Source: Andalucia godoyi And28
Taxonomy: Eukaryota; Protista; Jakobida
Assembly: GCA_009859145.1 (NCBI GenBank)
Contig: VRVR01000048.1
Location: 1 to 64,000, forward strand
Length of the DNA stretch: 64,000 nt
Direction: 5' to 3'
The translations under genes and the position numbers were made by a program. The notes under the pieces were generated by a model, which was not told where the DNA came from, did no database searches, and worked only from the letters and a program-made list of their open reading frames with translations. How positions within the stretch are numbered: the first letter of the stretch is position 1; every line of letters begins with the position of its first letter. Positions 30,501-39,448 of this stretch are shown here, piece by piece.

Positions 30501-31581
30501 CACCATTGAGGGTGTTGCTGTTGGTCGGGCGAAAGTCGTTGCTGTTCTGGAATGTCCTGGAGACATACGCATTTCGTCTCCTGAAGTGATGGTCACGGTC
30601 GACGACGTGGAGGAAGCAAGCTTTCTTCCTCGCGGTCGTGTTTTCAAGTCTGGATCGGCCATTGATGTGGTTCCCTTCATTCGAGATGCATTTGGCGATG
30701 AACCGTTTGTCAGTGGTCGCTTTGTGTGGTCTCCGAGCTCGTGTGCTGAAGGAGGCCCTGGGGTTCTGTTGAATGAGACTGTTCTGCAACTTCACGTATC
30801 CAACAGGAGCAGCTCGGTCGATTGCCATGTGCAGTTTACAACCACCCTGCGTGGTCGAGAGTTTGTTATTGACAAGAGGTTCTCATTTGAACGAGTCCTA
30901 TCGGGTGTTCCTCGAACTCTCTATCTGGGCACGAACGGCAGCGTGACGTTTCAAACGAACTTTCCCGTCAGTGTATACGTTCTCCATTCTTCGCAACCCG
31001 ATTGCTTTAGCTTCCATGTGGAAGACCGAACAGTGACCATTGTCGGCGGGAGCGTACCGTGCGACCAGTCTCTGAGACTGTCGCTGCACAAAAGCAACCT
31101 CAGCACGAATGCTGAAATTCTAACCGTTTTTCAACGAAAACCGATGTCCTTCTCATACAGGAAGACCTCCCGAGCGGCAGTGATGCTGGACGAAGAAGGC
31201 AACATCCTGGATGGTTTGCATCATCTTCATCCCGTCGAGACGACCTTAGACGCAGGCGTCCTCCGGTTCGAGGGCATGCAGTTTTCAGAGTACTTGCAAC
31301 CGACTGCTGCTCTGCTGCCGGAAGCAGCCGGAGCAGTCCATGTGCTGGAGACTGCTCGAGAGCCTGCTTCCTTGGAAGAGACCACAGTTCGTCCGCCGTC
31401 GACCCTAACTACCATTGAGAAGCTCTCGTTTTGGACTAAAACTCAAAGGCCCTCCGTCCCGGTAGATCTTGTCCCGGCGGAAGAGCCCCAGGAGTGGCAC
31501 AAGACGAATGATCCTCTGTGGTTCTCGATTGGCATCTCGGCAGTAGTGATCTTGTCATTTTACGTCATTCGATTTCGCTGA
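27526..31581 (+). CDS. NUP210: Nuclear pore membrane glycoprotein gp210
   Basis: Signal peptide, DVLLP, GNTFSSLDG.PIRWSI, Ig-like/BIG2 repeats (WKSSNDSVGTISKHG; FNVSDPHIVRF), single C-terminal TM. Confidence 0.85.
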   Translation: MMGQLGVLGVLLVLTSWVASARMTALSTLSHTDVLLPSDVGNVSLMIHGHHGSCLTWSLLSGHSYLVFRPGCDTALLSTKEAKVHAALGQPPTGATTVGLLKGGSDSVTVVLSPVASIELSTTRRFLYRNEPEIVRVIAKDHQGNTFSSLDGAPIRWSILEDDHADAQLVSVDSESADCILCTDRITVLAKLIGRVKLQACYNYKNENQMMCAAVEFRFIENVHILPEVYRLFPGASVHYTSSSGSGEDLKKRDLEWKSSNDSVGTISKHGLFEAQHAGITRVSLWDLRMGLSLSFVDVLVAPISSLQVLINHSPACQDPSVPKPEATETTLMQGIVYPLTLIPLDDQRLPFDPVLADQAMIECSPSVSDVRCDAGDSVLQRSLSARTPASFHLSLHLKKFRGAYGLTSTVPFTVEEPVRLLPRAVVLPLLSTFEVAVQSGQHGIRRLVSTEGSTVDADSTKLVVRSQSTVGQYRISVWSENYVCNRDAVLLEVEDVSSIIADKGPRMAELSERLPVVLSFFDHRGRHFHNTSSISVSFWATSKDSPLRSKAIPAMRISERTWELLPAVSEGRHRVSIRAFESPKGQIEVIYFPSPTLSKLNPLLAPRAHYTWQVHGGPLPFLLSQDKMMVRGTEIQCMSVQEMPIPANVSLVVTLQSIPDAIPYSLHIPGQYRCHPIHHSEHFLSFSQNGDLALQRDVEGRYLTWVDVPIYARARLRDAHDEEFDAVGFDTSSSVLTFGHPGNVHHAIHEQSVAFRVIGGLVVTPASIKVFPSDGCAVQICSTDHRAIEVVSGLPESWSADSNEGGRCSLLKKSHAAGLGFQESTYNVKFVDSMWPSRKIYPSSSLVAHALLSVGLPKKLSLKFQNGNLERHVLQDSQFGIAVTSDIEHCFSIDSANVVFVYDQNILHIDSAHKFAARTPGSTEIYAQMGTITSNKIVVHVLPTSPLGERDIFLWKGHSMLLPIDPGLLKSKCIPSFNVSDPHIVRFVRHSTIEGVAVGRAKVVAVLECPGDIRISSPEVMVTVDDVEEASFLPRGRVFKSGSAIDVVPFIRDAFGDEPFVSGRFVWSPSSCAEGGPGVLLNETVLQLHVSNRSSSVDCHVQFTTTLRGREFVIDKRFSFERVLSGVPRTLYLGTNGSVTFQTNFPVSVYVLHSSQPDCFSFHVEDRTVTIVGGSVPCDQSLRLSLHKSNLSTNAEILTVFQRKPMSFSYRKTSRAAVMLDEEGNILDGLHHLHPVETTLDAGVLRFEGMQFSEYLQPTAALLPEAAGAVHVLETAREPASLEETTVRPPSTLTTIEKLSFWTKTQRPSVPVDLVPAEEPQEWHKTNDPLWFSIGISAVVILSFYVIRFR

Positions 31582-32554
31582 ACCAGAAATCAATGCTGTC
31601 TTGCCAGGCCGCTCTTTGCGCTGTCGGCATTCCTCCTCGCTGCAAGTGCTGACGGATGGCGATGACGGCGAAAATGGTCAGCAGAGCGATGTTGGCTTTC
31701 CAGCGCAAGGTTCCGTATTTGGATTTTCGGAATCGAATGTTGGATGACGTGTTCAGTGCCGCTAACACTAGAAACAGCACACAGAGAACGGTCTCGAAAC
31801 CGCAAAATCCAATCGTCCACGAGATAATCCTGCGTCGTAGCAAATACGCGGCTGCGAGCGCAATGGCATTTGAATCTGCCGACAACCCGTGATAAAATTC
31901 CCCGTTCATTCCCGTTTCGCAGAGTACATTGAAAAAGGACAGTCGTACGACAACGGCGATGACGTAGACGCACGCAACCGCAATCGACAACGGGGTGTAG
32001 GCGCAATAATTCAACAAAAACGCAGCCGGAGAGATCGCAAAGTTGACGACATCGACCAACGAATCGAGGTACACACCAATCGCCTTCTCCAAAGGAGAGC
32101 GAGTGCTTGATGTCAACTGGGCAACGGAGCCGTCAAACCAGTCCATCAACGTTGCCGTCATCATGAGCGACAGCGCAAGGTAATACGCACCGAATGCAGA
32201 CGCGACCATGGAAAGGACAGAAGTTGCGCATCCCACCACTGTTGTGATGTTTGCGAAATCTAAGAACACCAGAGAACGCATGCTCGTATGAAGAACGTCC
32301 TTTTCCGGAAGCTTCTTTACTTGCTCTGGTGCACCTGAGCTGCTTGTCCACGGAACGAACAATCCATCAGCGTCCGGCGTAATGTCTACGAACGGAACAT
32401 CTCCAGAGAACGAAATGGTTGGAGCAGTGTGAGTCGAAAATGGGTTCGGGGGTGGCTCCACTGCTTCTTGTCTGTTTCTGCGCAGCGAACTCTTGATGAA
32501 CAGCATCTTCAGGGCAGCGCAGCAACGTTCTTTTGACAGCGGGTTCCTTGCCAT
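31565..32554 (-). CDS. CDP-alcohol phosphatidyltransferase (PssA/phosphatidylserine synthase-like)
   Basis: FANITT and DWFDGSVAQ...IGVYLDSLVDVVNFAISPA motif; multiple TMs; ATG at 32554. Confidence 0.85.
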   Translation of the reverse strand: MARNPLSKERCCAALKMLFIKSSLRRNRQEAVEPPPNPFSTHTAPTISFSGDVPFVDITPDADGLFVPWTSSSGAPEQVKKLPEKDVLHTSMRSLVFLDFANITTVVGCATSVLSMVASAFGAYYLALSLMMTATLMDWFDGSVAQLTSSTRSPLEKAIGVYLDSLVDVVNFAISPAAFLLNYCAYTPLSIAVACVYVIAVVVRLSFFNVLCETGMNGEFYHGLSADSNAIALAAAYLLRRRIISWTIGFCGFETVLCVLFLVLAALNTSSNIRFRKSKYGTLRWKANIALLTIFAVIAIRQHLQRGGMPTAQRAAWQDSIDFWFSEIE

Positions 32555-33091
32555 TAAACAAAAAGAAAAGAAAGAAAATTCCACGGGAGAGCGACTCAGA
32601 TGTTTTGCGTTTGTGTTCTCGCAAATGCGCACGCAATCGTTCCGGTCAAGTTGAACTTCAATCCACCCATCAACATACACCCTCCCCCCGTCGTCGTCGT
32701 GCACAGTACTTTGGTTTGCTTCACGGTCGACGAAACCGAGAGGGAGGGGAAGCTGCGCAAAACCCCCCAGGAAATCCTTTGCAGTTCTCTACGTTTTGTT
32801 GATCAAACCGCGCGCGCGCATATGGAACATATTGAGACGCGGAGAGACGATCGCATTCGGCAAATGCTCAAGCGGCGCCTCTTTGTTTCTTGAAATGCAT
32901 TGTTATTGTTTTTATTATTGTTGTTGTTGCTGTTGTTATTATTATTATTATTTCTGTATGGACTTTCTTGAGAGACCAAAACCACGAAAATAGAAAGGTT
33001 TGGTTCTGTGCGCACTCCCATCCATCACCACTGGACGATAAAACGTTGCTCAACAGATTCGGACAAACGGATAAAAATGTGCTGTGGCTTC

Positions 33092-34117
33092 TCAAACCAC
33101 GGATACGTCCTGCTCTAAAGCCGCCAGAAAGGGTTCGGAAATGGGACCCACCGACATGTTGAATTTGCACACCAGTTCCTTGTCCAGCATCCCAACTGCC
33201 GGATACAGCGCTGGAATGGGTATCTCCCTCGTATCCATCACGCTTTCAAAGTCGCTTGCCGGGAACAGATCCTGGAAAACATGAAAACTTGCGACTTTTC
33301 CATAGGCAACGTTGCTGAAATCGCGGTTCGAACGAACGAGATTTCTCCCAGTATCGGTGTTTGGATGTACAGTACCGCCGACGAACACATGGATCACCAG
33401 CGGCCGATGGAGCACGTCGTCTCGGACAAACCCTTCAGGATAGCAGATGACCACCTTTGACATGGAGCTGGACGAGCAGTGAGAGCCAAACTTGACCCAC
33501 GATAGGCCGGGGATCAGAACAGAGAGCTTACTTGGACAGATGCCCATGGAGCATCGATTCCTGCCAGGAACAGAAAAGTGGGGCTGGCAACTCCCGACGA
33601 GCCCAAACACAAGTGTGCGGTGCATTCCGTCTAATGTAAACACAACACATTCTCCGGGAAACAGCGGTCGATCAAAGATTGCGCATCGTTCTCGCGTTGC
33701 TGAAGACATCCGTCCGAGTTTGAACTCAACGTCTTCCCAACGAAGAGCTCGACTGTGGTCCAGTGGATGCCCCGCACGCAATATAGACTCGACAATTGCG
33801 TTTCCAGGTTCAGGAAGGACATACTTCTGACCTCGAAAACGAAATCGGATGTTGTCCTCATCATCGCATTCCCGAGAAGCTTCGATGTTTAATTGCTTGA
33901 TTCTTTTCACAGTGTTTCGGAAGCGGTCCGTCAGTCGGATCCGCCAGTTCAAATACCCATCCGACTCGGTAATATTTGTCGCATACCCCACGATGATAAT
34001 GATCAGCATGTGGAACATGAAGGATCCCACGAGAACCGTAATGACCACGAAACAACTCTGATTGCACAGACTCGACATGCCGTCCGGATCCGCTCCCTTC
34101 GGCCCAGTGTCTCCCAT
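33092..34117 (-). CDS. Single-pass membrane protein with degenerate SPRY-like domain (Ssh4/Ear1-like topology)
   Basis: N-terminal TM; beta-rich region with LVFGLV...VPG and C-terminal LYPAVGM...CKFNM resembling SPRY termini. Confidence 0.55.
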   Translation of the reverse strand: MGDTGPKGADPDGMSSLCNQSCFVVITVLVGSFMFHMLIIIIVGYATNITESDGYLNWRIRLTDRFRNTVKRIKQLNIEASRECDDEDNIRFRFRGQKYVLPEPGNAIVESILRAGHPLDHSRALRWEDVEFKLGRMSSATRERCAIFDRPLFPGECVVFTLDGMHRTLVFGLVGSCQPHFSVPGRNRCSMGICPSKLSVLIPGLSWVKFGSHCSSSSMSKVVICYPEGFVRDDVLHRPLVIHVFVGGTVHPNTDTGRNLVRSNRDFSNVAYGKVASFHVFQDLFPASDFESVMDTREIPIPALYPAVGMLDKELVCKFNMSVGPISEPFLAALEQDVSVV

Positions 34118-34557
34118 CTTGTCTTCGGCTTAGCCCCACGAATTCCGCCCAATGTGTAACGGTGCGCTATTCGAGGAAACGGAAAGGACGTCAGAGTAAA
34201 CTTTCCATTGCTATATTATATATTTCTTTCACAACGGCAGATCTTGCGCATATTGAGGAAGGAGGTTGGGGTGGCAAGCCCTGCAGAGGTGGGGGGAGCG
34301 CGAGAGAACCACCTGGGAGGGGAGCAACCACAGACAGTGAAAGTTGATGGAACCCGGTGGAAGCACATCTGTGCGAGAAAAAGAACGGGGGGTGATGGCG
34401 CGGAATAGAAGCTGCCACCAATGTAAGATTTGCTCTAGTGGAAATGCAAGTTTCGTTGAATAACGTCTCTCTGCTATGTTGGGGGGGTCCTCCCATGGCC
34501 CCCCTGCATTGGTTTTATTTCTTATCGCCCTTCCATTCCCCACATGACCGCATTTTT

Positions 34558-36078
34558 TCAGGCATCTTCGTCTTCCTCGCCCTCCTCTCCCGGTGCAGTT
34601 TCATGATCTGTTTCAGGATCGCTTGCGGTTTGGGCATGGGTTCTGGGGCTCATGACGGAACAGTCCCACAAAAACGAAAACACTCTGCAGAGGAGACAAT
34701 AGGGCATATTCTCTGGAAGCAGAGCACTGAGGGCAGTCATGGCCATCGCCGACACTTCGTTCCAAAAAACGCGGTCTTCGGACCTCGAACTCGTCAATAG
34801 TGCAATGTTCTGCCGAGAGAGGAGCGTGCGTGGGCAGTAAAACCAGTATCGAAACTGATTATTCGACAGTGCAAGCCAGTCTGATAACGGCAGCTGAGAA
34901 AGCGGCTCGATCGAAATTCCTGGAAACCGAAGGAGTTTGTGGCAAGCAGCTGCATGCCCGCATCGGACGGCAATTTGCAGCAGAATGTTGCGGTACTGGG
35001 AACATGGAGGCAGCGAAAGATCGGTTCGGAGACCAGCAGCCAACAACGCAGGAAACAAAATTTGCTGCACCTCGTGGGTTGGATGAGAAGAAAAGTCGAC
35101 AAAGATTTGCGCGAGGTACGAAACATTCATGCCGTTTATGGAAGAGGAAGCAGATGATGATGATGATGACGACGACGATGATGATGAAACTGCCGATGAC
35201 GATGATGGTGCTGCGACCGAGTTGGAACGCGGTGCTATTGAAGACCCTTCCACCGGAGTAGCAGAAGGGACTGCAATGGACTGCGCCATTTCTGACGAAG
35301 CTGCATCATCGGCACGATCATCCTCAAAAGGGTCTCCTAACAACAACGACACTTCCTCCTCCGGCCGCGGCGTACTCCCAAAGCTGGAATACCGAGCTGT
35401 CCGTACGTCGCTGCTTCCTGTGGAACCTGATGGGTTGCTTTGGCTGCCACCAAAGAACTGCTGGCTCGCATTTTCGATAAAATTAAACAGCGATGATCGT
35501 CGCTGCGGATGCAGCACCTTCTGCTTTGCAGAGGATGGTGACGGGGAATCGAGAACGGCAACATCGACCCGCATTCCCGCTGTCACAAGCTCCCTGACAA
35601 CGCTGCTGTGGCCCTGCTTGGAAGCCACGAGCAGAGGACACCGCAGCAGACCATCTTGCATCACCATTGCATCCACGCGGGCGCCGTTGGCGATGAGGTA
35701 CATGGCTGTCTGCTCGTCCCCCGAGGTACATGCCAGCAGGAGCGGGGACCAAGCATTTTTGGAGATGTGATTCGTGTTCGCACCTTGCTCCACAAGAAAC
35801 TGCACGGTGTCAAAATGTTTGGATGCGACGGCCTCCATGAGCGGTGTCCATCCTTGTTCATCCGTGCAGTCCACCGCAACGGATCCTGAGAGCAAACACT
35901 GAGACACCTTTGTCAGATCGCCCCATTTTGCAGCATCCAGCAAGTCCCGATTGCGCTTTGCTTTGAAAAACGAAAACGGCGACGAGCAAGCCGGTGATTT
36001 GTTGCTGCCGACAGACTTGATAGACGCAGTGGAGCCTCTTCTCGTTGGGGTCTGGATGGAAAGTAAGGGATCCGCCAT
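34558..36078 (-). CDS. Ankyrin-repeat protein
   Basis: LLDAAKWGD, GWTPLMEAV, AWSPLLLACTSGD, CPLLVASKQGH; poly-Ser linker. Confidence 0.88.
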   Translation of the reverse strand: MADPLLSIQTPTRRGSTASIKSVGSNKSPACSSPFSFFKAKRNRDLLDAAKWGDLTKVSQCLLSGSVAVDCTDEQGWTPLMEAVASKHFDTVQFLVEQGANTNHISKNAWSPLLLACTSGDEQTAMYLIANGARVDAMVMQDGLLRCPLLVASKQGHSSVVRELVTAGMRVDVAVLDSPSPSSAKQKVLHPQRRSSLFNFIENASQQFFGGSQSNPSGSTGSSDVRTARYSSFGSTPRPEEEVSLLLGDPFEDDRADDAASSEMAQSIAVPSATPVEGSSIAPRSNSVAAPSSSSAVSSSSSSSSSSSSASSSINGMNVSYLAQIFVDFSSHPTHEVQQILFPALLAAGLRTDLSLPPCSQYRNILLQIAVRCGHAAACHKLLRFPGISIEPLSQLPLSDWLALSNNQFRYWFYCPRTLLSRQNIALLTSSRSEDRVFWNEVSAMAMTALSALLPENMPYCLLCRVFSFLWDCSVMSPRTHAQTASDPETDHETAPGEEGEEDEDA

Positions 36079-36563
36079 GTCTGTATGCGTTCTGCCGTTC
36101 AATTAATATTTTTTTTAATCCCCCCTTTTTTTCTTTTTCTTTTTCCTCCTCCTTCTTCTTTTTCTGTTTCTCAAGAAGAAAATATGAAGCAAACCGAAGA
36201 CGGATTTAAAACGAGCAACGAAAAAGAAAAGGAAAAGAAGAAAAAAGAAGAGAAATCGATGTTTTGGAGAAGAACTGGATGGGGAATCGGTGGATACGCT
36301 GCTGCGCAATCGCAACACTTGGGGAAATGATCAATCTCCAACGAACGATTTCATCAAACCCAGGGAAACCTTGCAGGTCTCCTCCGACATATCCAGCTTG
36401 TAAAGTACCATAACAAGCAGTAGAACTGGGGCAGATACAACTCGAAACACAGCATTGAAATATCAAGTCCCATCCTTCGGACAATGCGAAGTACACACCA
36501 TACGGATTTTCCGGAAGCATCGATAAACGACGATCGCAGCCATTTTTCCCCCTTTGTTTTTCT

Positions 36564-36612
36564 GTTTCGTTTCGTTTCGTTTCGTTTCGTTTCGTTTCGT
36601 TTCGTTTCGTTT
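36564..36612 (+). repeat. (GTTTC)n pentamer microsatellite
   Basis: About 9-10 tandem units, downstream of the MscS-like gene. Confidence 0.95.
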
Positions 36613-36795
36613 GGCTTTGTTTCTTCTCCTTTCTCATTTCACGACGTCCTCGTTTACTCGTCAAACATAATGCGTACATACATATACACACAAATATTAT
36701 AATAATAAAAACGGCAAAAACCATCCCTGTGAACATATCTGCTAAAGATACGTTGTATCCGTGTCCCCCAGGATGTCGTAACCCACCGTCAATGA

Positions 36796-38808
36796 TCAAT
36801 CCACCTTCTTTCCAGAGTTGAGCACTTTGATGCCTGCTTTTCCAAGGGCATCGGTGACGAACAACGCAAACCGACTCTTTTCGCGCTGCCAATCTGCGCG
36901 CTCTTGCCAGGTAACTTTCAAGAACCCTTGAACGTGCAGCTGGAATGACTGGTCCGTGTCCTGCCCCTTGGGTAAGTCTGAAATGCAGCATAGGTAATTG
37001 GATGCCCAGAGCGATTGCGGCTGCGTGCCAACCCACTCTGCAAGGGAGGCGGTGAATGCGTCAATTTGCGGCTGGGTAGTCTCCAAGTTGAGCGTGATGA
37101 ACAGATCGATCACGGCTTGGTGCGAGCGCTTCATGTTGGAAATCTGCGCCGCAGCCAGGCTTGCATTCGGCAGATACAGTGCTTCGCCGTTCATGCGGAA
37201 AAAGAAGGAGTCCCACAACCGAATTTGCTCCACGTACATCGGCAAGCCATCGTTGACCGTGATGATGTCGCCAACATCAAAGACGCGTCTAGTCAAGCAA
37301 AGATTCAACGCCAAGGCGGCGTTTGAGATCAGAGGGCCAAGGCCGAAGCCAATCAAGAAGAAGAACCCAGTGATGGGAACCACAAGCTGGAAAAAGTCGT
37401 AGCCGAGCTGAGAAAGAACAAAAAAGAACATCACAACCCAAAAGAAAATGTTCATTACGGACTGAACAATGTTGGTGGCATCCTTTTGGGCTTTGAGAGC
37501 TCGAGAAACTGCTCGGCGATGCTCCAAAATCGCGCATATTCCGGACTGAAGCTCATCCGTCGAAATGGAATCTGCTTCCGGTTCTACAAACGCTTGCATA
37601 AAATGCTCCGTGTGTTCCTTGCTGCCCAAGAGATCGTCCAGAGTGCCCCTGGTGAGCACGCCAGAGTGGTTTTGATCAGTCGCCGCCATGATTCTGCGAG
37701 TGACCACCATCGACTCATCTCGATCCCGCATCGCTTCCGTTGCAATTCTCTCTGAAAGGCACCCCTCTGCACATGGAGAAAGCTTGCGGAGACCAGAGTC
37801 CTCCGAGCCGGAGGTTCCGCTGCTACCTCCAGCAAATACGTACGACCTGTTGCGGTTCGGCGACACCCCCGCAGCAACGTGGGACGTTGTCATATCCGAC
37901 ATCGACACCGAAGTCATGGATGCGTCGAAATTCTCAATCTCTGCAAGCAACGCAGCCTTTTCAGAGTTGTTATTCAGGTCCATCTCTGGTCTACCCTCGT
38001 TGCGCATCAAGGGCAAAGTGCCTTCTTCCTCATCCTCTCTGTCGCCAGGTGGACGAACAGACATTTCAACTCCACTGCCGGTGCCAGTGCCAGCTGACGG
38101 TCGTCCGTCTGCACCAAAGTTGCCTCGTGAAGAAAACGCCTTGTGCAATCCAAAGTACTTTCCGTTGTACAGCCTGCGCAGTGCCCACGAAAAGAAGATC
38201 GCCTCTCCAAGCTCATCTCCAAGTTTCCCAGTTTTCCACGAATTATCAAAAAACTTAAACACAAGAATCTTGATGACGTTGAAGGCCAGCACCTCCAGCA
38301 GCACCTTGACGTACACTGCCAAGTTTTGGCCCATGCCGTCGCCATTTCGAACCTCTGAAATGAGCGCAAACGCCCAGATTTCATAGACGACAACAGACAA
38401 GATCCACTGCAAGGTCTTTTGCCAACCATGCGTCCAGTGATAATACTCAAATGGCAGAAGACGCCTCGACAGTTTGACAAGCAGCTTCGTGGCAATTCCG
38501 AGAATATGGATCGAAACCGACATGCAGATAATGAAAATCGACCATTGGAACAGCGGAACGCGCCAAATGGAAATCGCAGAGCCAAATATAAAGTCAAGAA
38601 GCGCGGTGAGTGCCAGTCCGACACCAAAGCAGAGGATAAACACGACGTACTCCTTCCAAGTGAAGAAGAAATGAAGCCGCTTGAAAATCTCGAGATCGGA
38701 TTCCGGCTGGCCAGACCCGGCTTTCACAGGTTTGCTTCGCGGACCATGTTTGCGCCGGTTGTCCGCGGATGCTAGTTTTCCATGCATGAATGAATATCGC
38801 CGATACAT
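36796..38808 (-). CDS. Mechanosensitive channel of small conductance, eukaryotic MSL/Msy type with EF-hand-like motif
   Basis: N-terminal TMs, DQNHSGVLT EF-like loop, FDVGDIITV...YVEQIRL...LYLPN.......ISNMKRS. Confidence 0.9.
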   Translation of the reverse strand: MYRRYSFMHGKLASADNRRKHGPRSKPVKAGSGQPESDLEIFKRLHFFFTWKEYVVFILCFGVGLALTALLDFIFGSAISIWRVPLFQWSIFIICMSVSIHILGIATKLLVKLSRRLLPFEYYHWTHGWQKTLQWILSVVVYEIWAFALISEVRNGDGMGQNLAVYVKVLLEVLAFNVIKILVFKFFDNSWKTGKLGDELGEAIFFSWALRRLYNGKYFGLHKAFSSRGNFGADGRPSAGTGTGSGVEMSVRPPGDREDEEEGTLPLMRNEGRPEMDLNNNSEKAALLAEIENFDASMTSVSMSDMTTSHVAAGVSPNRNRSYVFAGGSSGTSGSEDSGLRKLSPCAEGCLSERIATEAMRDRDESMVVTRRIMAATDQNHSGVLTRGTLDDLLGSKEHTEHFMQAFVEPEADSISTDELQSGICAILEHRRAVSRALKAQKDATNIVQSVMNIFFWVVMFFFVLSQLGYDFFQLVVPITGFFFLIGFGLGPLISNAALALNLCLTRRVFDVGDIITVNDGLPMYVEQIRLWDSFFFRMNGEALYLPNASLAAAQISNMKRSHQAVIDLFITLNLETTQPQIDAFTASLAEWVGTQPQSLWASNYLCCISDLPKGQDTDQSFQLHVQGFLKVTWQERADWQREKSRFALFVTDALGKAGIKVLNSGKKVD

Positions 38809-39448
38809 CGCGTACTGCTCTTCGTGAAGTGCTCTCTAATGATGTTTTTTCCCCCTCGGGGTGAGTATTCGTCGGAGCTTCCGTTTGCCTTTCTTTTTTG
38901 CTTTCTTCCCTCTTTCTTCGATTTACAGAGAGGAAAAAGCTGACCGCTTTGTGTATCAACATTGAACATCCAACAAACATCATCATATCGGAAATTTCTT
39001 TACATCCAACCCCTGCTGAGGCGCGATTTTCTTACCGTAGTCAAGTCTAGATTCTCTTTCATTCTTTCACCTTTAATCATCGAAACCACCAAGCAGCACC
39101 TCGTCAGAGACATCGACAAAACATCCCATGGCTCCAAAGAGAGGGATCTTCCCGACAAACTCAAACCGGCCATGCCCGGAGATGCCGAGAACCAAGAAAC
39201 CTGCTGATCCCCTCTCGTCGAAGGCAAAGAGCAAGAAGAAGAAGCGATGGCCCTTTGAAATTAAGCAATCTGCATTGAAGAGGCGGTGCTCGCCCCAAAT
39301 TGGATGTGTCTTCGGTGGGAGCTTAGCCGATGGTGATCAATCATGATTCATACTTCGGCGAGCGGCACAGAGAGAACAAGAACAGAACGCAAAGCAGATG
39401 AAAGGAAAGAAAAGGAAGGGAGGCGTTATTTTATTTTACGATTATTGT

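Noticed and set aside
36206-37036. 276-aa minus-strand ORF with TKRNE repeats
   Set aside because: Overlaps the MscS-like CDS in another frame and reads through the (GTTTC)n microsatellite; likely 3'-UTR.
39128-39346. 72-aa basic ORF (MAPKRG...KAKSKKKKRW)
   Set aside because: Plausible small gene but no family recognised; the resemblance to ribosomal S25 is only the lysine patch.
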